A stretch of 64,000 nucleotides of DNA from an uncultured delta proteobacterium (GCA_963736855.1 CAVTQK010000015.1:640001-704000); one strand, 5' to 3'. Counted from the first letter of the stretch, positions 11,159-19,906 are shown. Numbers and translations are program-made. The notes: generated by a model from the sequence alone, not told the origin.

Positions 11159-11328
11159 TTTCAGATTCGCAGGCTGCGCATTACATATTCGGCCAAATCC
11201 ACTCGTGAAACATCTGGGTTTTAGGCTATCATGTCGAGATAGAGAATCGATCAAGTAGCTTCATTATAAGACGTATAACGACGATGGATCATGTTCGGGG
11301 AAAAAGGTTTTACTTTTTGCCATTCCTT
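11128..11328. repeat. Direct repeat A, copy 1 (about 200 bp)
   Basis: Similar to 12845-13044, with scattered substitutions and one indel. Confidence 0.9.
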
Positions 11329-11696
11329 ATTTCCGAAAGTTCGTTGCTCATTTTTTGAATGGCTTCTCTTAGCCTTGGGATATGGTTCGCACAGATGTCA
11401 AAAATAATTTCATGGTCAACATGCTCGTAGTGGTGAGAAACCAGATCTCGAAACCGTGCAATCTTATCCCATTCGATCTCAGCATAACGGTTTAAAAATG
11501 GTAAATCCTTCTTCTGTATTTTCTTCACCGACTCACCGATGATTTGGAGCCTCATTGAAATTGCATCCAACAGTGTGACCCCATCCGATGTTGACACAAA
11601 ATCTCCAGATTCAGCGATCTTTGAAAATCGTTCCTGCACAAGGCTGATTGAGTCGAGCAAAACATCCAGAATCTCAACAATTTCATCTTCAGACAT
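11310..11696 (-). CDS. HepT-like DUF86 HEPN ribonuclease toxin
   Basis: LQIIGE and W..IARFRDLVSHHY (RX4HXY motif); overlaps the upstream MNT gene. Confidence 0.9.
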   Translation of the reverse strand: MSEDEIVEILDVLLDSISLVQERFSKIAESGDFVSTSDGVTLLDAISMRLQIIGESVKKIQKKDLPFLNRYAEIEWDKIARFRDLVSHHYEHVDHEIIFDICANHIPRLREAIQKMSNELSEIRNGKK

Positions 11697-11979
11697 AGTG
11701 GATATCTCTCTCAATTCGTTTTAAAAAGCGTTCGCTCAGCCCCTTCCTCTTACGAATTAGCTCGACCGGTTTCCCCAATCTGTTTTCGAGATATATATGC
11801 AGTCCGGCTAGGTAATCAAAACGAGCTTCGGTTAGTTCAACAAGCAAATCGATATCGCTATCGGGTTGGTGTGTTTCTTTCGCGTGGGAACCGAAAAGCC
11901 CGATGGCCAAGAGACCGTATTTATTCCTAAGATATTGCTTTTCTGAACGTAAAATATCCAATATTTCTTTGCTGGTCAT
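11689..11979 (-). CDS. MntA-like minimal nucleotidyltransferase antitoxin
   Basis: GLFGS...DSDIDLLVE (GSX10DXD); 96 aa. Confidence 0.9.
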   Translation of the reverse strand: MTSKEILDILRSEKQYLRNKYGLLAIGLFGSHAKETHQPDSDIDLLVELTEARFDYLAGLHIYLENRLGKPVELIRKRKGLSERFLKRIERDIHYV

Positions 11980-12002
11980 GATTTTTTTCGTAAGAGGGGC
12001 AT

Positions 12003-12033
12003 CTCACAGAGTTCGCAGAGGGCGCAGAGGGTT
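12003..12033. repeat. Tripartite 9-mer repeat, copy 2
   Basis: CTCACAGAG TTCGCAGAG GGCGCAGAG GGTT. Confidence 0.85.
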
Positions 12034-12188
12034 CAAGTGTTTGGAGAGAATCGATATCCTTATTTCTTCGACAAAGAAAGGTTTCGGAAATGCGTGTTCC
12101 ATTCTTTCAGGAGTCCTTTATTGTCGATTTTTTCCATCAGGACCCTGAAATCGATTTGATCTCCGGAGAGCTCAAGGATACCGCCGAT
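12003..12188. repeat. Direct repeat B, copy 1 (186 bp)
   Basis: Appears identical to 14165-14350 beyond the 9-mer motif. Confidence 0.9.
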
Positions 12189-12638
12189 ATCGTTTAAATG
12201 TTTTTCTGAACCGCCTTCATGATAATATTCCAGCTTGCGCAGAATAACATATTCAATGGGGGCGATCCAGATCGATTCCCCTTCAAAACGGATCTCTTTG
12301 CGCTTGTTGAGTGCCCACTGGTGAAGCTTGCTGTTGCCCATTGGGTAAATGTCGGCCTTGAAACCCGTTGTATGATGAATCAGGTTGAAGTGACCGCCTG
12401 ATGGCCTTGAAATTTCGATTTTGATGATTTCCGGTGGCGGGCAATAAAATTCTGAAAGAGGAAAGACTTCGGTAAAGCTTCCGATATTAAAGGGTTCCAG
12501 ATCGATCACAAGATCGAGGTCATGGGTTAAGCGGGGTTTACCGTATATAATGGACGCCATTGCCCCGGTGACCATGTAGCGAATTCTCAATTGGTTGAAC
12601 CGGGAGATGAATATTTTCAGAAGATCAAGTTCGGGCAT
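12060..12638 (-). CDS. Nucleotidyltransferase-fold protein, TA-like
   Basis: YMVTGAMAS..YGKPRLTHDLDLV N-terminal motif; KLEYY..GGSEKHLND. Confidence 0.7.
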   Translation of the reverse strand: MPELDLLKIFISRFNQLRIRYMVTGAMASIIYGKPRLTHDLDLVIDLEPFNIGSFTEVFPLSEFYCPPPEIIKIEISRPSGGHFNLIHHTTGFKADIYPMGNSKLHQWALNKRKEIRFEGESIWIAPIEYVILRKLEYYHEGGSEKHLNDIGGILELSGDQIDFRVLMEKIDNKGLLKEWNTHFRNLSLSKK

Positions 12639-12816
12639 AGAGGAATATTTCCTTGACCTTGTTTTGGATTTGTTCGTCCGTCCAATCGGGATGCTGCAGA
12701 CGCAACCCCGCTTCTTTCAGTTTATGTGCACAAGAATACAGATCCAGAAAAAGCCTTAGTTTTTGTTCCGGATTTAATTTTTTTAGGAAATCATTTTGAG
12801 ATGGATTTTCTGTCAT
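12625..12816 (-). CDS. Small partner protein (about 63 aa) of the downstream nucleotidyltransferase
   Basis: PEQKLR...AGLRLQHPDWTDEQI; overlaps the next gene's start. Confidence 0.65.
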   Translation of the reverse strand: MTENPSQNDFLKKLNPEQKLRLFLDLYSCAHKLKEAGLRLQHPDWTDEQIQNKVKEIFLYART

Positions 12817-12844
12817 TCCAATGGCTCTAATTTTTCTTCGGTCC

Positions 12845-12875
12845 CTCATAGAGTTCACAGAGGACGCAGAGGGTT
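12845..12875. repeat. Tripartite 9-mer repeat, copy 3
   Basis: CTCATAGAG TTCACAGAG GACGCAGAG GGTT. Confidence 0.85.
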
Positions 12876-13044
12876 TTTCAGATTCGCAGGCTGCGCATTA
12901 CACATTCGGCCAAATCCACTCGTGAAACATCTGGGCTCAGGCTATCGCGTCGGGATAGTGAATCGATCAAGTAGCTTCACTATAAGATGTAGAACGACGA
13001 TGGATTATGTTCGGAGAAAAAGGTTTTACTTTTTGCCATTCCTT
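12845..13044. repeat. Direct repeat A, copy 2
   Basis: Matches 11128-11328 and includes the last codons (RNGKK*) of the DUF86 gene. Confidence 0.9.
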
Positions 13045-13061
13045 TGATGTGTTCTCCGCGT

Positions 13062-13388
13062 TCACGACCTGTGTTTATTCGGGTTTAATCCCTTTGTTGA
13101 AAATTTAAGCAACAAAACCGACTCTCGCGCTTTTTCCACCAAGCGGACTTTTTCTGGCCAAGTGAGCGCACGGAGGTTTTTTTGCCGGAGGGCATACCGA
13201 TTCAGCAAAAACGATATTTCATTTAATACATAAAGCCCTTCTGACTCTGGCACCCCAACCAAAACATCAATATCCAAAGTTGCTACCGGTTCGGCATACC
13301 GTATCTGCGCCATTGCGCCAAATATGGCGTAATTGATGATCACCTCCTTCTTGACCATCTCATTCAGCAATTCAGCTAGTTCTTTCAC
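13062..13388 (-). pseudogene. Probable deletion fusion: nucleotidyltransferase N-terminus joined to a small partner protein
   Basis: YAIFGAMAQIRYAEPVATLDIDVLV (NTase-like start) followed after about 58 aa by unrelated RQKNLRALTWPEKVR; too short for a full NTase of this type. Confidence 0.5.
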
Positions 13389-13446
13389 ATCACCTCTCTT
13401 TAAGAAAGATAGGTATTGCGATTAAAGGTATCTTGCTGTCTATTTA

Positions 13447-13812
13447 TCACTGGTCACGCTCATAGACCCAGTTTACCTCTTCAAGCAGCATTCGGCTGAA
13501 GCGAGTGTTCGGATCCATTGCTTTCCACTCTGAAAGGGTATAGACTAGCACATCTGCAGGAACCGGCAGCTCGGAAGTGTCCCAGGCGATCCCTCGGCGC
13601 ACAAAAGGTTCATTGGACTTTTCCACAATAATAATGAGATCCAGGTCGCTTCCCACGCCCCAGTCACTTCGTGCCAAAGAGCCAAAATACCCGATACGTA
13701 CCACTTCGGGTCTCATGGCAGCGACCTCTGCCGCCCAAGTCTCAAGGCGGCGCACCACTGTATCTTGATCAGGCCATCGCATTACGGACGAAGTCAAGGA
13801 TCTCACCGGCAT
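13447..13812 (-). CDS. Minimal nucleotidyltransferase (MNT) protein
   Basis: GYFGSLARSDWGVGSDLDLII and PADVLVYT; start at MPVRSL. Confidence 0.85.
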   Translation of the reverse strand: MPVRSLTSSVMRWPDQDTVVRRLETWAAEVAAMRPEVVRIGYFGSLARSDWGVGSDLDLIIIVEKSNEPFVRRGIAWDTSELPVPADVLVYTLSEWKAMDPNTRFSRMLLEEVNWVYERDQ

Positions 13813-14158
13813 ATTGGATCGCCTCTTTACTTTGTAAAGGTCCATAATGTTCAAAGGGCGCCCCTTCCGGATGCCCGTTTGGGTATCGTGGCGGAATGTA
13901 ATAGGCATCGAGAACCCGGCCTTTCTCGATAAGATCTTCAGGGATGCGGATTGTTTTCGGCAGTTCGATCAGAAGTTTGGCGATCACGTGGCCCCACGCC
14001 TCTTGGCCCAACTTCAGATGAAGCGCTTTCACCACCTTTTCCGCTGACTGCTGAGCCGCAAAACATGCCCATTCATGCCGGCCGGAAAGACGAGAATCCC
14101 TGGCCTGGTCTAAATCCCGTTCCGCCTGACGGAACCAATCATGTGAACGATTCGGCAT
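13769..14158 (-). CDS. HEPN domain protein
   Basis: WFRQAERDL, ACFAAQQSAEK, WGH and YYIPPRYP. Confidence 0.9.
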   Translation of the reverse strand: MPNRSHDWFRQAERDLDQARDSRLSGRHEWACFAAQQSAEKVVKALHLKLGQEAWGHVIAKLLIELPKTIRIPEDLIEKGRVLDAYYIPPRYPNGHPEGAPFEHYGPLQSKEAIQYAGEILDFVRNAMA

Positions 14159-14164
14159 GTGTTC

Positions 14165-14195
14165 CTCACAGAGCGCGCAGAGGGCGCAGAGGGTT
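14165..14195. repeat. Tripartite 9-mer repeat, copy 4
   Basis: CTCACAGAG CGCGCAGAG GGCGCAGAG GGTT. Confidence 0.85.
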
Positions 14196-14350
14196 CAAGT
14201 GTTTGGAGAGAATCGATATCCTTATTTCTTCGACAAAGAAAGGTTTCGGAAATGCGTGTTCCATTCTTTCAGGAGTCCTTTATTGTCGATTTTTTCCATC
14301 AGGACCCTGAAATCGATTTGATCTCCGGAGAGCTCAAGGATACCGCCGAT
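14165..14350. repeat. Direct repeat B, copy 2, carrying an orphan 3' end of gene 12060..12638
   Basis: Matches 12003-12188. Confidence 0.9.
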
Positions 14351-14428
14351 TTTGAATAGATTCCAATACCGATGTCACTAAGACCTCGTTCCAAGTAAAT
14401 AACAAGGGACTTTTGAAATTTGATTACC

Positions 14429-14833
14429 CTAAAAAAGCTTATTGCGAACAAAGGCCAGTGTCAGATCCGCCATGCGAAGAACTTCCAGGGCAACCGGCTT
14501 GGTATAAATTTTTGCCGGAATGCTATCCGGCAATCCATTCGGATAGCGAGTTGGTATATAATAGGCGTCCAGAGGGGCAATTTTTTCTCGAAGTTCGTCA
14601 AATCCTTTATCAATTTCTGAAGCCCATCGACAAAGAGCCTCAACAGAATGGCCGACAACGAATTCTTCACCTTGCGCATAGAGAAATGCTTTGAGAGCTT
14701 TTTCGGCGATTTGTTGACCGACAAAACACGCTAAATGATAGCTGCCACCATCGAAGAGCAATTTCGCCCCTTTTCTGTCGGCTTCGGCTTGTTCTATCCA
14801 GCGGAGGCCTTCGGCCATAGCATCACGCTTCAT
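14429..14833 (-). CDS. HEPN domain protein
   Basis: WIEQAEAD, ACFVGQQIAEKALKA, GHS and YYIPTRYP. Confidence 0.9.
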   Translation of the reverse strand: MKRDAMAEGLRWIEQAEADRKGAKLLFDGGSYHLACFVGQQIAEKALKAFLYAQGEEFVVGHSVEALCRWASEIDKGFDELREKIAPLDAYYIPTRYPNGLPDSIPAKIYTKPVALEVLRMADLTLAFVRNKLF

Positions 14834-15200
14834 AGAGGATTCTCCCCGTCTTCATCGCACGTTTGAGGAAAGGGTTGTCTTTCATTTTTTTTATTTCTTC
14901 AGGGGTATATACGAGCAAGTCGACTCCGATCCTCGGTTTCAATTGCCGGTAAACCGCACCTGTTCTGTCGAGAAAATCCAGTCCGCTGTCGATAACAATA
15001 ATGAGATCCAAATCACTGGAAAGGGCGGTATTGCCGCTGGCAACGGAGCCGAAAAGAATGACTTTCCGGGCTCCCATTTTCACTGCTTCAAGGGTTAACC
15101 GCTCGGCCTCTTCATGCAGGTGTTGTATATGGGATTCTTTCCGGCTTTTTAAACGATCCCTCAACTGCTTGGTCTGGTGATAGTTCATCTGACCGGTCAT
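14823..15200 (-). CDS. Minimal nucleotidyltransferase (MNT) protein
   Basis: VILFGSVASG...SDLDLII and VDLLVYTPEE. Confidence 0.88.
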   Translation of the reverse strand: MTGQMNYHQTKQLRDRLKSRKESHIQHLHEEAERLTLEAVKMGARKVILFGSVASGNTALSSDLDLIIVIDSGLDFLDRTGAVYRQLKPRIGVDLLVYTPEEIKKMKDNPFLKRAMKTGRILYEA

Positions 15201-15338
15201 CGGCTTTTCGATTGGATTTTATGCCGGAAACACATCGATTTGGAGAAATGAGCGCGTTCGATGCGCATAGCTCCGCTTGGTTGATATCCGAATCGATAAC
15301 GGCATAATACTTTGATTTTATATGAAATATGTTAAGTA

Positions 15339-15530
15339 TGATGAAATCGTAACAAAGCTATTTTTGCTCGCTTCGTGACCATTTTCGGGAGATGCTCACG
15401 GCTTCTCTAAATTTCAAGAACTCGGCGCAAGCGCCTCAAACAGCTTGAAATTATTAACGCTCAGCCGTTCGCATCTCTTTTTCCGAAAATGCTCAAACCT
15501 CGCTTGCAAAAGCTTTTTACGAAGCCATCA
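15339..15530. mobile_element. MITE-like element, core type B
   Basis: Termini TGATGAAATCGTAA and TTTTTACGAAGCCATCA; flanks AGTA/AATA; long internal hairpin. Confidence 0.75.
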
Positions 15531-15771
15531 AATATGAATCCGAAAAATCAGCTCAATAAAAGACGGATTGCAGTACGCTTTAAAAACAGTGCCAAGCCCT
15601 TGAATCTGTTAACAGCAAATCGCATGATTTTAAATGGATAAGCCTATCATTAAAAACTAAAGTAAGAGAAAAATATCTTAAATCGATAAAATAGGCAATA
15701 AAATAATATGGTTTCCTGTTGTTCGATCGATATGGCAAAAGAGTAGAAGGAGGGTAGAAAAAGGCAAAAAA

Positions 15772-17072
15772 TTACCGACCATGCTTAGATTCGGGGGAGG
15801 CGGCAATCGCCATGATAACCGTGAACAACAGGGCGTTGGCTGGAATATGAAGATTGAAATCGGAGATGCTGTGGACCATAATGGCGACGATGCCTGCCAT
15901 GGCCCCGGCCGTGGTTCCCAACGTCAGTCCGCTATGATTGGGTAATTTTTGAAACCCGATGCGAAATAGCAAAAACAGTCCCCAGATCACAATGGGTATC
16001 CAAAAAACGCCCAACTCAGCGGTGAATTGAAGATAATCGTTGTGCGCGTTATAAAATCGAGCCCAAAAACCCGGAGGCTGATACTGGGTAAAAATCGTTG
16101 AAAAGGTCCCCGGACCGCTTCCCAGCAAGGGATAATCGAGAATCAAATTCAGAATCCCTTTCCAGGCGGTGACGCGACTTTGATAAGAGCCGATTTTTTC
16201 TTTCTGCTCGAAAGTGAGGACCCTTTCCACGGTCGTTTCGCTGGAAAGTGTGATGATACCGAACAGGAAGATGGCAGCAATACATATCAGAAGGATCTTT
16301 TTAATGCTCAGAGACTGTTTTGCGCGCATGATAAGCAGGATAAAAAAGGCGCTCCCGGATTAATGCCCCGATCCAACCGCCCCTGGAAAGTGATAAAAGC
16401 AGGGCTGTCACCAAAAAGGTCAGGAGAACAGAAAAAAGTACAAATTGGCCTCGTTTCAAGCCTGATGCAAGCATTCCCAAGAGCAGAGGAATAGCCATCT
16501 CCATATACCCGGCAAAATGGTTATAATGAAAGTAGGTGGAAGTCAGAGCATCGTTGAGGTACTCTCCATGATGTCTCGTAGGCCCACCATGAAAAGGGAT
16601 TGGCGCCGGCCCATTTGAATAGGCCGAAGACCGCCAAGAAAGTCGCAACACTTACGATCATAATAACGAGAGTGTGGATATGTTTTTTTTGATTACAGAC
16701 CTGGATGACCAGAAAATAGATTGCAATATAATTGACCAATTCCACAACGGCCCAAAAAGAAAGACCTCGATGGACGGAATTAAGACCGGAAATGAGGCTC
16801 AGAAGCAGAATTGCTGCAATGGGTTTTGTCAGAGGGGTTATAGTCCATTTTCCATCCCACCTGAAGATCTTTTCCATAAAGAAGCTTGCCAGGGCCATGA
16901 GGGTAAGGATATGCATGAGGGTGATCGCCCAAGCCGGGACGGATCCTTTAGGAAGAGGGGTGATGATGAGCAGCAGATAGATGAGAAGACGAGGCAGCAT
17001 CCCCGGACTTATTATTTTCTTGCCGTCCGGCGAGTGCGCTGCATGATTGCTTTGAATGGAATTCACGCTCAT
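15772..17072 (-). CDS. O-antigen ligase (Wzy_C) family membrane protein, split by two frameshifts
   Basis: NHFAGYME, LSLSRGGW, LLGSGPGTF and AHNDYLQ..AELG motifs across three ORFs. Confidence 0.85.
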
Positions 17073-18628
17073 CAGTTACGGATTCTTTGGAGGTCCTTCA
17101 AGAGGGAATTGTATTTTTTCTGGAGTTCCGAATCTTTCGGATCGAGGCTTAAAGCCCGTTGGTAATATCGGGCGGCTTCTTCCCATCGCCCCATCCGGTG
17201 CAAGGCATCCCCGGCCCAATTCGGATAGTCCGGGTTTTTGGGGTCCAGGTTTGCCGCCTGATCCCAGTCAGCAAGTGCTCCGGGATAGTCTTCTTTTTGC
17301 CACCGGATCCAGGCCCTATGGCTGAACAGCCATGATCGTGACTCTTTGGAATGGGCAATGGCAAGGTCTGCTTCTTTTTCAGCGTCATCGATCTTTTTAA
17401 GCCTTTCAAGCACTTCGGAAAACTTGAAATGATACCAGTAACTTTCTGGATCATGGACTGTCGCCTTCTGGATGAAGCGTTCCATGGAATCCCAGTCTTT
17501 TTCATTTTCGGCAATTTCCGACAAAAGATAAAAAGCCTCACCGGAAGGAGTTTGTTGCGATAAAGATGTCAATATTTCTTTTGCCGGAATGAAGTTTTTT
17601 AACTTGATATGAACGCGTGCGGCATAAAGGTCGGCTTCCGCGAAAAGCAGTCTTTTTGTTTTGGCTTCTTTCAAGACCGATAAGAATGCTTCAAGCTTGC
17701 CTGATTCTTCGCAGATCCAATAGACCGAATCGAGTGCTTCAGCTTTATTTCTGCTTGAAAGTAATGCATTGATAAAGGCCTGTGTTGCCTTTTCGATATT
17801 TCCTGCGGCAAGGTAAAGCTTTACCAAACGGATATGGTCATGGGCGCCTATTTCGGGTTCAAGCTCCAGGCTCTTCATAAGATGGACTATCGCTTCCTGG
17901 TAATGCTTCTCTTGTTCCAGGATGTCGGATAATACAGCGTGTGCGCTTTTAGCCGTGGAGCTGTGTTCAATGGCTTTTATCACACCGGATTTAAATGCCG
18001 ACCGGATATTGTTTGACCAAAACGGTTCTTTCGTTATTCTATGATAGGCGTCAGGATAGACACGGCCAAGATCATGGATTGTTTTCTCCAATGCAGATGG
18101 TTGATTTTCTGTGTAAAGGTACTCTGCCAGGGCAAAATGGTACTGGGCGGTGTTCGGTGCGAGTTCGATCGCTTTTTGGAAATGGGAAAGAGCATTCAAT
18201 GCACCGCTTGGGAAAGACTTTCCCGTGAAAAGAGCAAGCTGTTCGAGCCGGGCTTCCGTTGATGCCAGGGAAAAGAAAAGAGAGGATTCCAGCGGATTTA
18301 AGGATGTTGCTTTTTTGAAGGACTCTTTTGCGGAAATGGTTATGGCAAAAGCGTCATTCAAGGGTTTGCTGTTTGCATACAGCCTGTATGCGTTTCCCAG
18401 GGCTTCCCAGTTCGAAGAATCCATTGGATTGAAACGAACCGCTTTTTTCAATCGAGAAACGGCCAATTCATACTGTTTGTTTTCAATGGCGTTTTTCCCT
18501 GTCAGATTAAAGAGTTGAGAAATAAAGATCTGAGAGAGGGCATAAAGAAGAATCAGGGAAATGCCGGGCACGAGAAAGGCGAGAAAAACTTTTAGAGGTC
18601 GTTTCATGGAAGCGATCGGGTGATGCAA
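17072..18628 (-). CDS. Membrane-anchored TPR protein
   Basis: N-terminal TM segment; repeated TPR patterns (A...P, LG..Y). Confidence 0.85.
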   Translation of the reverse strand: MHHPIASMKRPLKVFLAFLVPGISLILLYALSQIFISQLFNLTGKNAIENKQYELAVSRLKKAVRFNPMDSSNWEALGNAYRLYANSKPLNDAFAITISAKESFKKATSLNPLESSLFFSLASTEARLEQLALFTGKSFPSGALNALSHFQKAIELAPNTAQYHFALAEYLYTENQPSALEKTIHDLGRVYPDAYHRITKEPFWSNNIRSAFKSGVIKAIEHSSTAKSAHAVLSDILEQEKHYQEAIVHLMKSLELEPEIGAHDHIRLVKLYLAAGNIEKATQAFINALLSSRNKAEALDSVYWICEESGKLEAFLSVLKEAKTKRLLFAEADLYAARVHIKLKNFIPAKEILTSLSQQTPSGEAFYLLSEIAENEKDWDSMERFIQKATVHDPESYWYHFKFSEVLERLKKIDDAEKEADLAIAHSKESRSWLFSHRAWIRWQKEDYPGALADWDQAANLDPKNPDYPNWAGDALHRMGRWEEAARYYQRALSLDPKDSELQKKYNSLLKDLQRIRN

Positions 18629-18679
18629 TTCAAAAATGGCAGTGGGTTGAGACCGCTTCTGGCAATCAATTAAAGCGGT

Positions 18680-19906
18680 TTATTTCTTGCCGTAGTATTT
18701 TGAATAATAATGGTAATAAGTATCTTTTTTGAAGTCCACCTGGTTTAAGACCAGTCCTAAAATGTTGGCTCGGGTGGTTTTTAAATTTTCCAGCGCTTTT
18801 TGGATGATTTTTCGATCCAGGAGGCCGGCCTTGACCACAAAGATGATGCCGTCTGCCAGCGGTGCGAGGAGAAGCGGGTCGCTGATCGGCAGGACAGGAG
18901 GGGAATCGATCACCAGAACATCGAACCGGTCCTTCAAAAAGGATAGCAGAAATGGCATCCTTGCCGAGCCCAGAATTTCCGAAGGTTTCGGGGGAATAGG
19001 ACCGGAGGGCATCAGGAACAGGTTTTCCATGCCGCTTTCGATAATGGTATCGTAAATTTTTTTCTGCAGATATGGAAGGTTTTCCCTTCCGATGATCATG
19101 TCTTCAAAGATCTGGGAGACCTTGAAGGGATGGTATGAAGGTCTTTCGAAATGGGAAACCGGCTGTTTTTCAAACAAAAAGTTTCCTTCATGGAGCTGCA
19201 TGGCCACCCGGAGTCCCTCGATGATGTGCAGCTTGATATATCCTGCCAAGGTTTCCTGACTGAGAAGGCCCATGTGTAAAAGCAGGTAGCCGATTTTCTG
19301 GCCCGTGTCCTTTTGTCGTTGAATACAGCGCTCGGCCTGTTCCTTGTTAATGACGTTGTTTTGGATCAGAAGCGATAGAAGCTTCTTCTGGCCGGGCCGG
19401 CTCAGCCAGTGGACATCCATGAGTTCGCCCTGCAGGAAGTGGATATCGACCTTTTCGTCCTTTTGGATAATATGGAGGATACCTGTTTTTTTGCGGAACT
19501 GGTTAAGACGCATCAGGTCTCCCAGGCTGTATTCCTTAAGTGTGCCGGATTGGATGTCAGCGCTGAGAATTTCGGTCAAAATGCCGCTGAGGCCATATAA
19601 ATCTAAACAAGGGGTCAATCGGCTGATCTTCGGCTTGCGCATGTCGGCATCGATTAAAAGGACGGTTTTCCCGCCCTGGGCCAGTGTATGGGCAAGGAGC
19701 ATGGAGAGGGTCGATTTTCCCTCGGATTGATCGGAGCTGGTCACCAGGAGACAATGGTATGCCTTGTCAATGAAGGAAAACTCGATGTTGGTTCGCAAGT
19801 ACCGAAGGCTTTCAGCAAGCTGTGGATCCTGGGAAAGATGATTCAGAAATTCAGCAAGGGGTGTCTGCTCTTTTAAAGAGGCTTGATCAGTATTTAACTC
19901 GGGCAT
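18680..19906 (-). CDS. CpsD/CapB-family bacterial tyrosine kinase with a large internal insertion
   Basis: Walker A SEGKST, A' LIDADMRKP, B VIDSPP; C-terminal Tyr cluster YYHYYSKYY. Confidence 0.88.
   Translation of the reverse strand: MPELNTDQASLKEQTPLAEFLNHLSQDPQLAESLRYLRTNIEFSFIDKAYHCLLVTSSDQSEGKSTLSMLLAHTLAQGGKTVLLIDADMRKPKISRLTPCLDLYGLSGILTEILSADIQSGTLKEYSLGDLMRLNQFRKKTGILHIIQKDEKVDIHFLQGELMDVHWLSRPGQKKLLSLLIQNNVINKEQAERCIQRQKDTGQKIGYLLLHMGLLSQETLAGYIKLHIIEGLRVAMQLHEGNFLFEKQPVSHFERPSYHPFKVSQIFEDMIIGRENLPYLQKKIYDTIIESGMENLFLMPSGPIPPKPSEILGSARMPFLLSFLKDRFDVLVIDSPPVLPISDPLLLAPLADGIIFVVKAGLLDRKIIQKALENLKTTRANILGLVLNQVDFKKDTYYHYYSKYYGKK

Noticed and set aside
11128..14195. CRISPR array or classical attC sites
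   Set aside because: Repeats are 0.8-1.3 kb apart with genes between them, are internally direct rather than palindromic, lack the paired RYYYAAC/GTTRRRY ends, and no cas or intI gene is present
10953..14359. Plus-strand ORFs sharing HR...GRRGF peptides
   Set aside because: Antisense read-through of the DNA repeats; the coding strand is minus
15578..15598. Sigma54 promoter (TTGGCAC on the minus strand) upstream of the TA array
   Set aside because: The -12 TTGC element is absent at the required spacing
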